Notes under the pieces: model-generated
Seen by the model: the letters and a program-made list of their open reading frames with translations, nothing else
Told to the model about the DNA's origin: nothing
The model's database searches: none
In this document: positions 54,774 to 63,986 of the stretch, piece after piece
Layout of the letters: each line of letters begins with the position of its first letter
Position numbering within the stretch: the first letter of the stretch is position 1
Source of the DNA: Verrucomicrobiota bacterium
GTDB lineage: Bacteria > Verrucomicrobiota > Verrucomicrobiia > Limisphaerales > JADLHS01
Direction: 5' to 3'
DNA: 64,000 bases
Assembly (NCBI GenBank): GCA_029573725.1
Contig: JAKQDQ010000178.1
Coordinates: 467,929 to 531,928 of the forward strand
Made by a program: the position numbers and the translations under genes

Positions 54774-55808
54774 TCACAAGCTGTTCAGGACGTCCACCAT
54801 CTGGCGGAGCCGGCCGTAATCGCGGCGGTTGAAACCAAACGCGATGCGTTGCTGGTCGAGGCAGTCGTGGTCCTCGCGCTCCTCGGGCGTGGGGTCGGTG
54901 CGTTGGATGGGGGCACCCGAGATGATGTCGGCAAAATCTTCATTCAGCGCCTCGAGGGCGGTGTCGGTGGGGGCATGGCGCAGGCGGATGACCAGCAGGT
55001 CCTTGACAAAGCGGGTGGAGTGGAAGTTGCGATAAAACCGGGACACGATCTTCACCGCCTCGTCGGCGTGGTCGGTGATGCGATAGAGGTGCAGGTCATC
55101 GGGCGAAATCAGGCCGTCGCGCAGCAGGTGTTCGCGGATGTTCTTGTCCCAGGTCTTCCAATAGGTGCCGCCGGGCTTGTCCACCAGGACCAGGGGCATG
55201 AGCTGGCTCTTGCCGGTTTGCATGAGGGTGATCGCCTCGTAACCCTCGTCCATCGTGCCGAACCCGCCGGGGAACAGGACGATCGCGTCCGAGTGCCGGA
55301 TGAAGGTGAGTTTGCGCGTGAAGAAGTATTTGAACGTGACCAGTTTCTTGTCCTGGGCGATGACCGGATTGGCATTTTGTTCCCAGGGCAGGCGGATGTT
55401 GGCGCCGAAACTGTTCTCGGATCCGGCCCCCTCGTGCCCCGCCTGCATGATGCCCGAACCGGCGCCGGTGATGACCATGAAGCCGGCCTGGACGATCTGG
55501 CGTCCGAACTCCACTGCGGTTTGGTATTCGAGTTTGTTTGCGGCGGTGCGGGCCGAGCCGAAGATGGTAACTTTGCGGCGGCTGGCATAGGGCGCGAACA
55601 GGCGGTAGGCGTAGCGCAACTCGCGCACGGCGGTTTGAATCACCCGCACGTCGCCGGTGTCCTTCACATCCTGCAGCAGCTTCAGCGCGTTTTCGATGAT
55701 GTCGGCCACGGCGTCTTCATTGTAGCCGCCGCCCTTGAACCGGATGAGTTCCCGGACCCGGCGATGCAATTCCGGGTCCACCGGAGGTTTTTCGAATTTC
55801 GCACTCAC
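54774..55808 (-). CDS. LOG/TIGR00730-family Rossmann-fold nucleotide-binding protein (PpnN-like)
   Basis: VTIFGSART...ITGAGSGIMQAGHEGA...LFPGGFGTMDEGYEAITLMQTGK contains the PGGxGTxxE signature. Confidence 0.85.
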   Translation of the reverse strand: MSAKFEKPPVDPELHRRVRELIRFKGGGYNEDAVADIIENALKLLQDVKDTGDVRVIQTAVRELRYAYRLFAPYASRRKVTIFGSARTAANKLEYQTAVEFGRQIVQAGFMVITGAGSGIMQAGHEGAGSENSFGANIRLPWEQNANPVIAQDKKLVTFKYFFTRKLTFIRHSDAIVLFPGGFGTMDEGYEAITLMQTGKSQLMPLVLVDKPGGTYWKTWDKNIREHLLRDGLISPDDLHLYRITDHADEAVKIVSRFYRNFHSTRFVKDLLVIRLRHAPTDTALEALNEDFADIISGAPIQRTDPTPEEREDHDCLDQQRIAFGFNRRDYGRLRQMVDVLNSL

Positions 55809-55870
55809 CCCGCGAAAATAATGATGGGGGCCGGGTTTGCAATCTCGCAGCGCATTTCGCAGTGCTCCCG

Positions 55871-57829
55871 CTACCGGGCGGAAGCCCCGGCAGCGGGAGC
55901 ATTGGTCCGGCCGGCTTCCGCAGGCGGATCTTTGGGTTCCAATTGTGGCGGCACGGCAATGGGCGCGGCGTCGTCCGACCAGCGCTTGTAGTCCCAGAGG
56001 ATCAATTGCTCGGGGAAATAGCCCGGTTGCGCGAAGCGCAGGGGAAACTTCTCCGGGGCGCGATTGCGCAACAACGATTCGAGGATGAAGGTGGGCCAGC
56101 TGCGATCACCCGCGCGCACCCAGTCGGTGAGAATCCGGCTGTCGGTCGTGACCGGGGTGAGGTACAGGCAGCGGATCGGTTTGATGTAATCATGCACCTG
56201 ATAGAACTGATCATCGGGATTGCGCGTCAGCCACAAACACTGCCGCTGACCGTACCAGGCCACCGCCCAGGGGATGTCGCTGATCATCATCTCGTTGGGC
56301 CGCAGATACTGGGCGACATCCTGGATGGCCGGCGGATAATAGGGCGGATAATCGACGGGGCGCACCTTGGGCGACACCAGGGTCAGGATCAACGGCAGGT
56401 TGACGATGACGGCAAACAGGCCGATCACGATGTACCGGAGCTCGCGGATCTTCAGGTTCATCTGTTCGAGCAGCTGGAAGAACAGGCCGGCGCCGTAAAC
56501 GAAAATCAGCGGCACCAGCAGCACGAGCAGATTTTCCGAGTTGAACCCGGGGTGCTCCACCGACAACTGGGTTTTGCCCAGCGCCTGCACCAGGAACAGC
56601 GTGCCCAGGGCGGCCAGCAGGAAGTAGCGCAGCCGCCGGATCGCGAGGCTGCGATAGGACAGCAGCAAACCGGTCAGAAACAGCGCTCCGACCCAGCTGC
56701 CACCCAGGCGCGGCAACGCATCCGTGATCAGCTCGCGGGCGTTATACAGGAACTTGTAGAGGAAGAGCGGCAGGGCGATGCCGCGAAAATCCGGATCCAG
56801 CGAGCGTTGCAGGCGGAATTCCGGCAGGGCAAAGGTGCCTTCCAGCAGTGCATACCCGGCGGTGCCGAAGGGCGTGCCGCTGACCTGGAAGTTGCGCCAG
56901 AGCCACGGCGCAATCACAACCAGAAACGCGCCGGTCAGCAGAGTGAGAATGCGCCACCGGCGCAGCGCGCAAATCAGGCCCACATAGACCAGCACCGGCA
57001 CGACCAGCCACCCGAAGGAGTAAGTCGTCAGCGTGCCCGCGCCGAGCAGCGCGCCGATCAGCAGCGCGAGCCAGGCCTGGGCGCGCGGACTCCACACCGG
57101 GCTGCGCTCTTCCCTCTCGATCCAGACCAGGCCCCAAATCAACCCCTGAAAAATCAACATGAGCAGCAGCGTGGGCAGACCGGTCACGCTGAAATGCCAG
57201 AGCACCTCGCAACAAATCACCAGCGCGAATGACAACCAGGCGACGGAGCGGTCGAAGAGCGCGCGCGCCAGGAAAAACACGCTCACCGCGTTGAGGATCA
57301 GCAGGGATTGATTCAACAGGGCGATCAGAAAATCCGGTTCATAGCGCCAGAATTGCCGGGCGGGCGTGTGTTTCAACTGCTCCGGCGTGAGCGAGGCCAG
57401 ACGCGGATTCGGGATGCTCCAGAAGGGGTTGACGACGTTGACCGGATAGCGGAACGGCAGCACTTTCATCGCGCCGGCCAGGAACAGCGGGTACACGGGC
57501 GGGTTGGCCAGGTCCGGATGTCGGGCCTCTTTCACTTCCGCCAGGTCGGGGCGCGGGTCGGTTGCCGTGCCGGCCGTGCGCTTTTGATTGTGGGTCTGGA
57601 CGAGGTGCAGGCTGAACGGCCGGATGAACTGCGTGGTGAAGCCGTTGCCCTCGGCGAGGTTGCGCGCCACCTGCGCGGCATCCATGGCCTCCTGATTGCT
57701 CAGATTGCGAAACCCGCGCCAGTTGTACACCACGAGCAGAAAGCCAACCAGCAGCACCACGAACACGATCCGGAGCCCGCCCGCGCCGCGTTCTTCCAGC
57801 TTATGAATCCAATCCTGAATTGACGGCAT
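55871..57829 (-). CDS. Multi-pass membrane protein, GT-C (ArnT/PMT-type) glycosyltransferase-like
   Basis: N-terminal TM helix, then SNQEAMDAAQVARNLAEGNGFTTQFIRP, a typical GT-C first-loop pattern. More than 10 predicted TM helices. The assignment is tentative. Confidence 0.7.
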   Translation of the reverse strand: MPSIQDWIHKLEERGAGGLRIVFVVLLVGFLLVVYNWRGFRNLSNQEAMDAAQVARNLAEGNGFTTQFIRPFSLHLVQTHNQKRTAGTATDPRPDLAEVKEARHPDLANPPVYPLFLAGAMKVLPFRYPVNVVNPFWSIPNPRLASLTPEQLKHTPARQFWRYEPDFLIALLNQSLLILNAVSVFFLARALFDRSVAWLSFALVICCEVLWHFSVTGLPTLLLMLIFQGLIWGLVWIEREERSPVWSPRAQAWLALLIGALLGAGTLTTYSFGWLVVPVLVYVGLICALRRWRILTLLTGAFLVVIAPWLWRNFQVSGTPFGTAGYALLEGTFALPEFRLQRSLDPDFRGIALPLFLYKFLYNARELITDALPRLGGSWVGALFLTGLLLSYRSLAIRRLRYFLLAALGTLFLVQALGKTQLSVEHPGFNSENLLVLLVPLIFVYGAGLFFQLLEQMNLKIRELRYIVIGLFAVIVNLPLILTLVSPKVRPVDYPPYYPPAIQDVAQYLRPNEMMISDIPWAVAWYGQRQCLWLTRNPDDQFYQVHDYIKPIRCLYLTPVTTDSRILTDWVRAGDRSWPTFILESLLRNRAPEKFPLRFAQPGYFPEQLILWDYKRWSDDAAPIAVPPQLEPKDPPAEAGRTNAPAAGASAR

Positions 57830-57832
57830 AAA

Positions 57833-59197
57833 TCAAAATCCTTCCAGATGGTAGGTGTGCAGCTTCCGGTGGAACGTCCGGCGCGGCATCCCGATCTTCT
57901 GTGCGGCGAGTGTCCGGTTTCCCTTGGTCTCTTTCAAGGCGCGTATGATCAATTGTTTCTCGGCTTCCTTCACGGTCAAGTTATTCTTCGCCAGCAACCG
58001 GACCGGATCGCTCGTGGCGGCGGCTTCCGAGCGAACCGTGCGCGGCAGGTCACGCGCCTGGATCCGTTCCCCGCGGCACATCACCACCGCGCTTTCAATG
58101 GTGGCGCGCAGCTCGCGCACGTTGCCCGGCCAGCGATGGTTCAACAGCAGCTCCATGGCTTCCGAGGTGAAGTCGGTGATGGCCTTGTCGTTTTCTTTGG
58201 CGTATTCGTGCAGAAAGGTCGTGGCCAGCAGGGGCACATCCTCCAGGCGTTCGCGCAGCGGGGGCAGATACAGTTCCACAATTTTTAACCTGAAGTACAA
58301 GTCTTCGCGGAACGTGTTCGCCTTGACCATTGCCTCCAAATCCTTGTGGGTGGCCGCCATCAGCCGCACATCCGCGGTCTGGGTCTTGTTGGAGCCCACC
58401 CGCTCAAAGGTGCGCTCGCCCAGGAAGCGCAACAACTTGATCTGCAGTGTGGGGTCGATTTCGCCGATCTCGTCCAGGAACAACGTGCCTCCCTGGGCCT
58501 GCTCGAAGCGCCCGATCCGCCGCTCGTGTGCGCCGGTGAACGCGCCGCGTTCGTGGCCGAACAGTTCGCTCTCCAACAGGGTGGGCGACAGCGCCGCGCA
58601 ATGCACCGCGACCAGCGGCTGGCGGGCGCGGGGGCTGAGCTGGTGGATGGCCTTGGCAATCATCTCCTTGCCCGTGCCGCTTTCGCCGAGGATCAACACC
58701 GTGGCGCGCGTGGGGGCCACCTGTTTCACGGTTTCAAACACCTCCAGCATCGCGGCGGATTTGCCAATGATGTGCTCCAGGCCGAACTTGTCCTCCAGCT
58801 GCTGCCGGAGCGTGACGTTCTCTGTCTCCAGTTTCTGCGTGCGCACCGCCCGGGCAATGCGCATTTCCAGCTCGTCAATCTGCATCCGCCCCTTGGCGAG
58901 GTAATCGTCCGCGCCGCGCTTCATCGCTTCCACCGCCAGTTCCTCCGAGCCATAAGCGGTCATTAAAATGCAGACCGGCGGTTTGGCCAGAGACTTGGCC
59001 CGCGCAATCAATTTCATGCCATCCTCGTTCGGCATTTTGAAGTCGGTCAGCAGCACGTCGAAGTTTTCCGTCTCAAGCAAATCAAACGCGCTCTTGGCAT
59101 CCTCCGCCAGATAGACATCGAATCGTTCCTCCAGGGCCGCGCGCAGTCCTTCACGCGTCGGTTTTTCATCGTCCACAATCAACAAGGTCGGTTTCAT
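57833..59197 (-). CDS. Sigma54-dependent response regulator (NtrC family)
   Basis: ATG 59197 (MKPTLLIVDDEKPTREGL) within track ORF 57833-59416. Receiver domain (DVLLTDFKMP). AAA+ Walker A GESGTGKE. GAFTGA motif (ELFGHERGAFTGA). C-terminal Fis-type HTH (NRTLAAQKIGMPRRTFHRKL). Confidence 0.9.
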   Translation of the reverse strand: MKPTLLIVDDEKPTREGLRAALEERFDVYLAEDAKSAFDLLETENFDVLLTDFKMPNEDGMKLIARAKSLAKPPVCILMTAYGSEELAVEAMKRGADDYLAKGRMQIDELEMRIARAVRTQKLETENVTLRQQLEDKFGLEHIIGKSAAMLEVFETVKQVAPTRATVLILGESGTGKEMIAKAIHQLSPRARQPLVAVHCAALSPTLLESELFGHERGAFTGAHERRIGRFEQAQGGTLFLDEIGEIDPTLQIKLLRFLGERTFERVGSNKTQTADVRLMAATHKDLEAMVKANTFREDLYFRLKIVELYLPPLRERLEDVPLLATTFLHEYAKENDKAITDFTSEAMELLLNHRWPGNVRELRATIESAVVMCRGERIQARDLPRTVRSEAAATSDPVRLLAKNNLTVKEAEKQLIIRALKETKGNRTLAAQKIGMPRRTFHRKLHTYHLEGF

Positions 59198-59291
59198 TTC
59201 CAGGTGTCGGTTTGGCCCGGCCGCCGTGTTCCCGGCCGGCCCGACCCGTGTTTCCCGGCGGCGATCCGGGGCGGTTTTCCCGGGCAGCGCT

Positions 59292-60527
59292 TCATGCTTC
59301 CAATGCGGCCGCCAGCAACCGCGGCTTCTTCTCGTGGCGCGGGAACCCGAGACGAAAGGTCGTCCCGTGGTCCACGCGGCTGTCCAGTTCGAGGCGTCCG
59401 CCATGTGCACGGACAATGCGCTGCACGATCATCAGGCCCAGGCCGGTGCCCTTTTTCTTCGTGGTGTAAAACGGTTCAAAAATCCGGGCCAGTTGCGCGG
59501 CGGGAATGCCGGCACCGGTGTCGCGGATGCTGACCCAGACCGTGTCGTGGCTTTCCCCCGTCTGCACGGTCAGCGTGCCGCCCCGGGTCATGGCCTGCAT
59601 GGCGTTCTTGATCAGGTTGACCAGCGCCTGTTGCACTTGCGTTGGATCAATGGGGGTGGCTGGAATTTGTTTGGCCGGCTTGATTTGGACGTGGATGCCG
59701 CGATTGTCCAGTTCGGGCCGCAACAGCCCAAGGGTGCGCTCCACCACCTCGTTGAGCGAAACGAGTTTGAGTTGCAGGGGGGCGGGGCGAATGGCCTGGA
59801 GAAACTGGGTGACGATGTAGTCCAGCCGGTTGATTTCGCCTTTGCAAACTTCCAGGTATTGCTCGAGGCGGCGCACGTCCGGCGTGGGGTGGCGCGCCGC
59901 CGCCTTGCGCGGGAAGCGCAGGCCGCCTCCTTCGGGTTTCGCTTCGCGGCCGCGTTTCAATTCCCGCTCCATCAATTGCAGATGAATGTGCAGCGCGTTG
60001 AGCGGATTGCCGATCTCATGCGCCACGCTCGCGGCCAGCAGCGTCAGCGCCTGCACCCGCTCACTTTCAATCGCGTCAAAGGTTTTTTGCCGCGCCTCGG
60101 TGGCATCGTGCAGAATCAACGCCACGCCCGAACTGCCCGCGCGCTCGCCATCCAGGGGCGCGGCGTAGAGCCGCAAAAAGCGCGGACGTGGATATTCCAC
60201 CTCGAACTCGTGCCGCACGATGGGGGAGCCGCCGGCCTGATCCAGGCCCGAGATTTTTTCCCAGTCCACCTCGGGCAGCACCTTGTTGAGCGACTGGCCT
60301 TCGGCGCTGGGTTGCAGGCCGATCAAGCGCGTCACCGCCTGGTTGAAATACACAATGCTGCCGTTTTCATCCACGACCAGGACACCGTCCTCGATGGTGT
60401 TGAACAAGGTTTCGAGCAGCGCGCGTTCCCGGGCCAGCCGTTGCACGACGGTTTGCAGGCCGCCGGTGTCGAGTTGTCCGATGCGGCCCAGGACCTTGTC
60501 GAGGAAGCTGGATTTGATCGCGGCCAT
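59292..60527 (-). CDS. Sensor histidine kinase (PAS + HisKA + HATPase_c)
   Basis: H-box SVAHEIGNPLNAL. N-box NLIKNAMQAM. G1 DTGAGI. G2 GTGLGL. PAS-like N-terminus. No TM segment seen. Confidence 0.9.
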   Translation of the reverse strand: MAAIKSSFLDKVLGRIGQLDTGGLQTVVQRLARERALLETLFNTIEDGVLVVDENGSIVYFNQAVTRLIGLQPSAEGQSLNKVLPEVDWEKISGLDQAGGSPIVRHEFEVEYPRPRFLRLYAAPLDGERAGSSGVALILHDATEARQKTFDAIESERVQALTLLAASVAHEIGNPLNALHIHLQLMERELKRGREAKPEGGGLRFPRKAAARHPTPDVRRLEQYLEVCKGEINRLDYIVTQFLQAIRPAPLQLKLVSLNEVVERTLGLLRPELDNRGIHVQIKPAKQIPATPIDPTQVQQALVNLIKNAMQAMTRGGTLTVQTGESHDTVWVSIRDTGAGIPAAQLARIFEPFYTTKKKGTGLGLMIVQRIVRAHGGRLELDSRVDHGTTFRLGFPRHEKKPRLLAAALEA

Positions 60528-60529
60528 GA

Positions 60530-61531
60530 TCAGAACCAGTTGCGGCGCTTCAAATACCAGTAGGTTATCAGCGTGGTCGCCGCGGCCAGGACGCAGGCGA
60601 ACAGGTACCCGTGCGTCCAGTGGATTTCGTGCATGTCCTTCTGGAAATTCATGCCGTACCAGCTGGCGATGAGGGTGGCCGGGGTGGAGAGGATCGTGAT
60701 GAGCGTCAGGGCCTTGACCACTTCGCCGGTGCGGTTGGAGGACATGTTCAGATAAACCTGCAAGATGCCGGTCAGCGAGTCGGTGTAGTTCTGGGCCAGT
60801 TCGGAAATCTGGAACAGCCCGTCATAAACGTTGCGGTAGTACGGCACCAGATGCGGACGGATCAGCTTGAATTCGCCGCGCGCGAAGCGCGCCAGCACCT
60901 CCCGCTGCGGGCCGATGATCTGGCGCAGGTGCATCACTTCCTTCTTGATCTGGAGAATTTTGTTCAGCGTTTCCACCGAGGGCGATTGCAACGCCTGGTC
61001 CTCGAGTTCCGCGATTTCCAGCGAGAGTTCGTCCAGTGCCGGCTTGTAGTTTTCCACAATCGAATCCAGCAAGGTATGGGCCACGCGATCCGGGGCGCGC
61101 GCGATGTGCATGGTGGCCTTGACCGCCTGTTCCTCGGTTTGCGTGACGCTGCGCGACGGTCCGTCGTGATAGGTGACGAGGAAATTTTTCCCCAGGAAGA
61201 AGTTCAGCTCGCTCGTGGCAAACACCCCGTCCTTGCGGCTGTAATCCACCGCGTGGATCAGCATGAACAGATACGGCGCAAATACCGCATCCTCCTTGGG
61301 CGAGAATTCCTCCACCTTGGGCGACGGGCTGGCCTGCACGCAGTCCTGGATGGACAGCGGATGGAAATGAAATAAATCTTCCAGCACGAATTTCTGCTCC
61401 TCCTCGGTCGGGCTCTCCAGGTCCACCCAGAGGAACAAATTGGTGTCGTTGAGCAGCGTCGGCATGAGAAACATCTCGACATTGCGGGTGTGCAAACGCC
61501 CCTGAGTGGTGAAGGCAAGCGAGCGGATCAT
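60530..61531 (-). CDS. corA: CorA-family magnesium/cobalt transporter
   Basis: C-terminal LTLITILSTPATLIASWYGMNF carries the GMN motif and is followed by a second TM helix. The stop is 2 nt from the kinase start. Confidence 0.9.
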   Translation of the reverse strand: MIRSLAFTTQGRLHTRNVEMFLMPTLLNDTNLFLWVDLESPTEEEQKFVLEDLFHFHPLSIQDCVQASPSPKVEEFSPKEDAVFAPYLFMLIHAVDYSRKDGVFATSELNFFLGKNFLVTYHDGPSRSVTQTEEQAVKATMHIARAPDRVAHTLLDSIVENYKPALDELSLEIAELEDQALQSPSVETLNKILQIKKEVMHLRQIIGPQREVLARFARGEFKLIRPHLVPYYRNVYDGLFQISELAQNYTDSLTGILQVYLNMSSNRTGEVVKALTLITILSTPATLIASWYGMNFQKDMHEIHWTHGYLFACVLAAATTLITYWYLKRRNWF

Positions 61532-61811
61532 GGCATCATCTCATTGGGTTGGCCGGACGTGACAGCTTGGCACGAAGCTTAGTCCCCCCATGCCGGGATG
61601 CAAGACTCCGTTTGCGCTGAATCGGCACAGCATGGCCGGTGTGCCAGTCCGGTCCGGAGGCGCTCTCCCGGATTGCACCCGACCCCCGGAACACGCACGA
61701 CGGACCGCCTTCTGGTCCGGCCGGTATTACTCGTGCCATCGGGCGGGCAGCTGGCTGTATTGACATCATGCAGCACGCGCCAGATCGAAAGGCGGACCGC
61801 CAGCGGCCGGA

Positions 61812-62423
61812 GTGGTCACCATGGCTGCCGGGAAGCAGTCCGCTGCTCTGGAGACGGCGCTCGTACTCGACCCGCAGGTTTATTCCAACACCGGCGGGCA
61901 ATCGTCCACCGCCACGTTCATGGGGCGGAACACCAAGTTCAGCGTTCATGGCAAGGTCATTCCCGAGAAGATTGAGCGGCGCAAGGAACTCGCGCAGATC
62001 TGCATGATGCACCCGAACACGTTCGTTTGATCCAGGTAGCAGCCGACGTGAGTCGGCTCAAACTTTTTCGGGTCACTTGAATGGGTGTCTGTCTCGGTGT
62101 GAAGATTTGAGCGGGCTGACGTCCGCGGCTACGAGTGAGAACGGGTGGACACGCGCACGTTCCCGGTGCTCATCTGCGACCCGCGCAAAGGCGACAAGAT
62201 CGCCCAACGCCTGAGCCTCCAGGGCAATCCCGCCGAGAAACAGGATTTCTTCAGCGAGCCGAAGACGAACGAAGTCTATGACTTCATCCGCTTCGCGCGC
62301 ACGGAAGGTCGCTTTGCCAAACACTTCGACAAAGACGGCAACCCGAGCGAGACACTCCAGAAGGCCAAGCAAGAACGTCTCGAAAACTGGCGCACCTTGC
62401 AAGAGTTGGCGGGGATTATTTGA
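61812..62423 (+). pseudogene. Remnants of a pyruvate:ferredoxin oxidoreductase (PFOR/NifJ-type) 3' region, split by an inserted inverted-repeat element
   Basis: Fragment 61812-62030 reads LVLDPQVYSNTGGQSSTATFMGRNTKFSVHGK..RKELAQICMMHPNTFV, the TPP-domain VxDTEVYSNTGGQSSKATP..AKFA..GK..KKDL pattern. Fragment 62145-62423 reads FPVLICDPRKG...LSLQG...EGRFAKHF, the C-terminal WPLFRYDPR...LQLDS...RF pattern. More than 1000 upstream codons are absent and about 60 codons are missing between the fragments. Confidence 0.55.
62036..62132. repeat. MITE-like 97-bp element with terminal inverted repeats
   Basis: Left end is GTAGCAGCCGACGTGAGTCGGCTCAAA (62036-62062), which contains the hairpin AGCCGAC gtga GTCGGCT. 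Right end is TTTGAGCGGGCTGACGTCCGCGGCTAC (62106-62132), its imperfect inverse. It lies exactly between the two PFOR fragments. Confidence 0.55.
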
Positions 62424-62491
62424 GCTAAGTTGAAATCAACCATTGACAGCTAACTGCGCTCGCATAGAATCGCGTATATCTACCAAAAACC

Positions 62492-63622
62492 ATGCCTTTG
62501 AAGATTCAAGAAGGTTCTTTCATGCGTTCGATAAAACGCAAGAGTGGACTATTCCTTCTTCTGGCAGCAGGTTCGACGGGCTTGTTTTTCTGGATCGTCC
62601 ACCGTTCAGGCAATATCGAACTGCCGGGCACAAGGGGCGGCATTTCGGAGAATGCTCATGTACCAGTTTCTTTTTAACCAAGACGGTTAGACCTTGGAAC
62701 TGCATATCAATATCAAACCTTGGTACGTTCGGTACAGCTTACAAACGCGAGTACGAATGATCTTACAATAACAGCCGCGCATTCAACGTGTGGGTGTACC
62801 GTGCTGAGCTCCAATCTTGTCGGCAGTGAAGTTCGGGCGGGGCAGAGCATACCGATAACATTGTCGTTTGATTCAGGTGGGCGTGATGGTGCATGGAGTT
62901 CCGCCGTTACGGTGCGGCTTGACGATGCAAAGGGCCGCACTTCGTATATGACCCAAGTCGAATTGTTCGGAGATGTTTTTGCTGATTTCTCGATTGAGCC
63001 AACAGTTTTACGTTTTGGAGAGGTGGATCCAGGAGAAACGAAAGTCAAAAATGTCGCCATCATTCCGAAGCTTGCAAATACTTTTCAGATCACCTCGATA
63101 GAATCTTCCCGGCCTGAGCTTAATGCGACCATACGCACCGCAGGTACAAACACAGTTCCGGCTGGTCTTGACATTCAGTTCAATGTGCCAAAAGCAGCGA
63201 GACGTGAAACATTGTCGGGATTGATAAAGGTTTCGACCACAGCACCCCGCTTGCGGGAATTTCACATTCGCGTTGAGGGAATCATAGTGCCGGACGTAAA
63301 GGCCATTCCTCAAACGCTGGTCTTTGCTGGAGACGTGACGAACCAAAGCAGCCGGTTGCTTGTTCGAACTAGAGAAGCGTCCGTTGTGAAACAAATGACT
63401 GTTCACTTGGTTAATGGCACGGAGAAGGCACTGAACGTGGCAGAGGCAAGCGGGCTGCAGAAAGAACACCTCATTTTGATACCCGCTGAAAGCATCCAAG
63501 AAGCAAAGACAATTTCCGTCACTGTCGTGATGGGAAAAACCCCTGACCGTAACGAGGCCCGGCAGATTGCAATAAACGTAATTGGCCTCAACAACAAACA
63601 AAAGGAACAGCATAAAAACTAA
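62492..63622 (+). pseudogene. DUF1573-domain protein gene interrupted by a single in-frame TAA (62675-62677)
   Basis: Track ORFs 62492-62677 and 62720-63622 are in the same frame. Reading through gives ...ENAHVPVSF*PRRLDLGTAYQYQTLVRSVQLTNASTNDLTITAAHSTCGCTVL. That is an N-terminal TM anchor (GLFLLLAAGSTGLFFWIV) followed by the DUF1573 pattern (LDLG ... N.S...L.I ... CGCT). Confidence 0.6.
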
Positions 63623-63986
63623 AAGTAAGACAATCGGCTGGCTTGCCCTCGCGGCCGTCTTTGTTGCGGCAGGTATTGCTTACGCCTGCGACAAGAAAGA
63701 GGCGTCAAGTGGTCTATCCGCTTGTGCGGAGAAGAACTCGTGTTCGGCATCAACGCCGATTAAAAGCGGCGACAACTACTATTGTGATCCGCAAAATGAA
63801 GTGAACATGTTTCCATCCTCGTGCATCGTGGCTACAAACCTAACTAATTGCGACGAGCCGTTGGCCAACTGTCACAGGCCCGTAAACTGTTACTACAGCC
63901 TAGGAGATTGCGTACCGCAGACCAGTTTTGCCAACTGGACACAGACAAAAAACAGAGTGACCACAAATTGCCGGTCAGGGGGTTGA
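63582..63986 (+). CDS. Small Cys-rich secreted or membrane-anchored protein
   Basis: Hydrophobic N-segment IGWLALAAVFVAAGIAYAC, then a low-complexity region with 10 further Cys (…CDPQNEVNMFPSSCIVATNLTNCDEPLANCHRPVNCYYSLGDCVPQ…). There is no ATG. The start would be TTG 63582 or later, overlapping the previous gene. Confidence 0.45.
   Translation: MASTTNKRNSIKTKSKTIGWLALAAVFVAAGIAYACDKKEASSGLSACAEKNSCSASTPIKSGDNYYCDPQNEVNMFPSSCIVATNLTNCDEPLANCHRPVNCYYSLGDCVPQTSFANWTQTKNRVTTNCRSGG

Noticed and set aside
61567-61583. Sigma54-like promoter TTGGCAC-gaagc-TTAGT
   Set aside because: The -24 GG is present, but the -12 element lacks the conserved GC (TTAGT instead of TTGCA/T). It points only at the PFOR remnant.
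61532-61800. Mg2+ riboswitch (M-box) in the corA leader
   Set aside because: I read the minus strand of this region and could not find the conserved M-box core sequences. Only a covariance-model scan could settle it.
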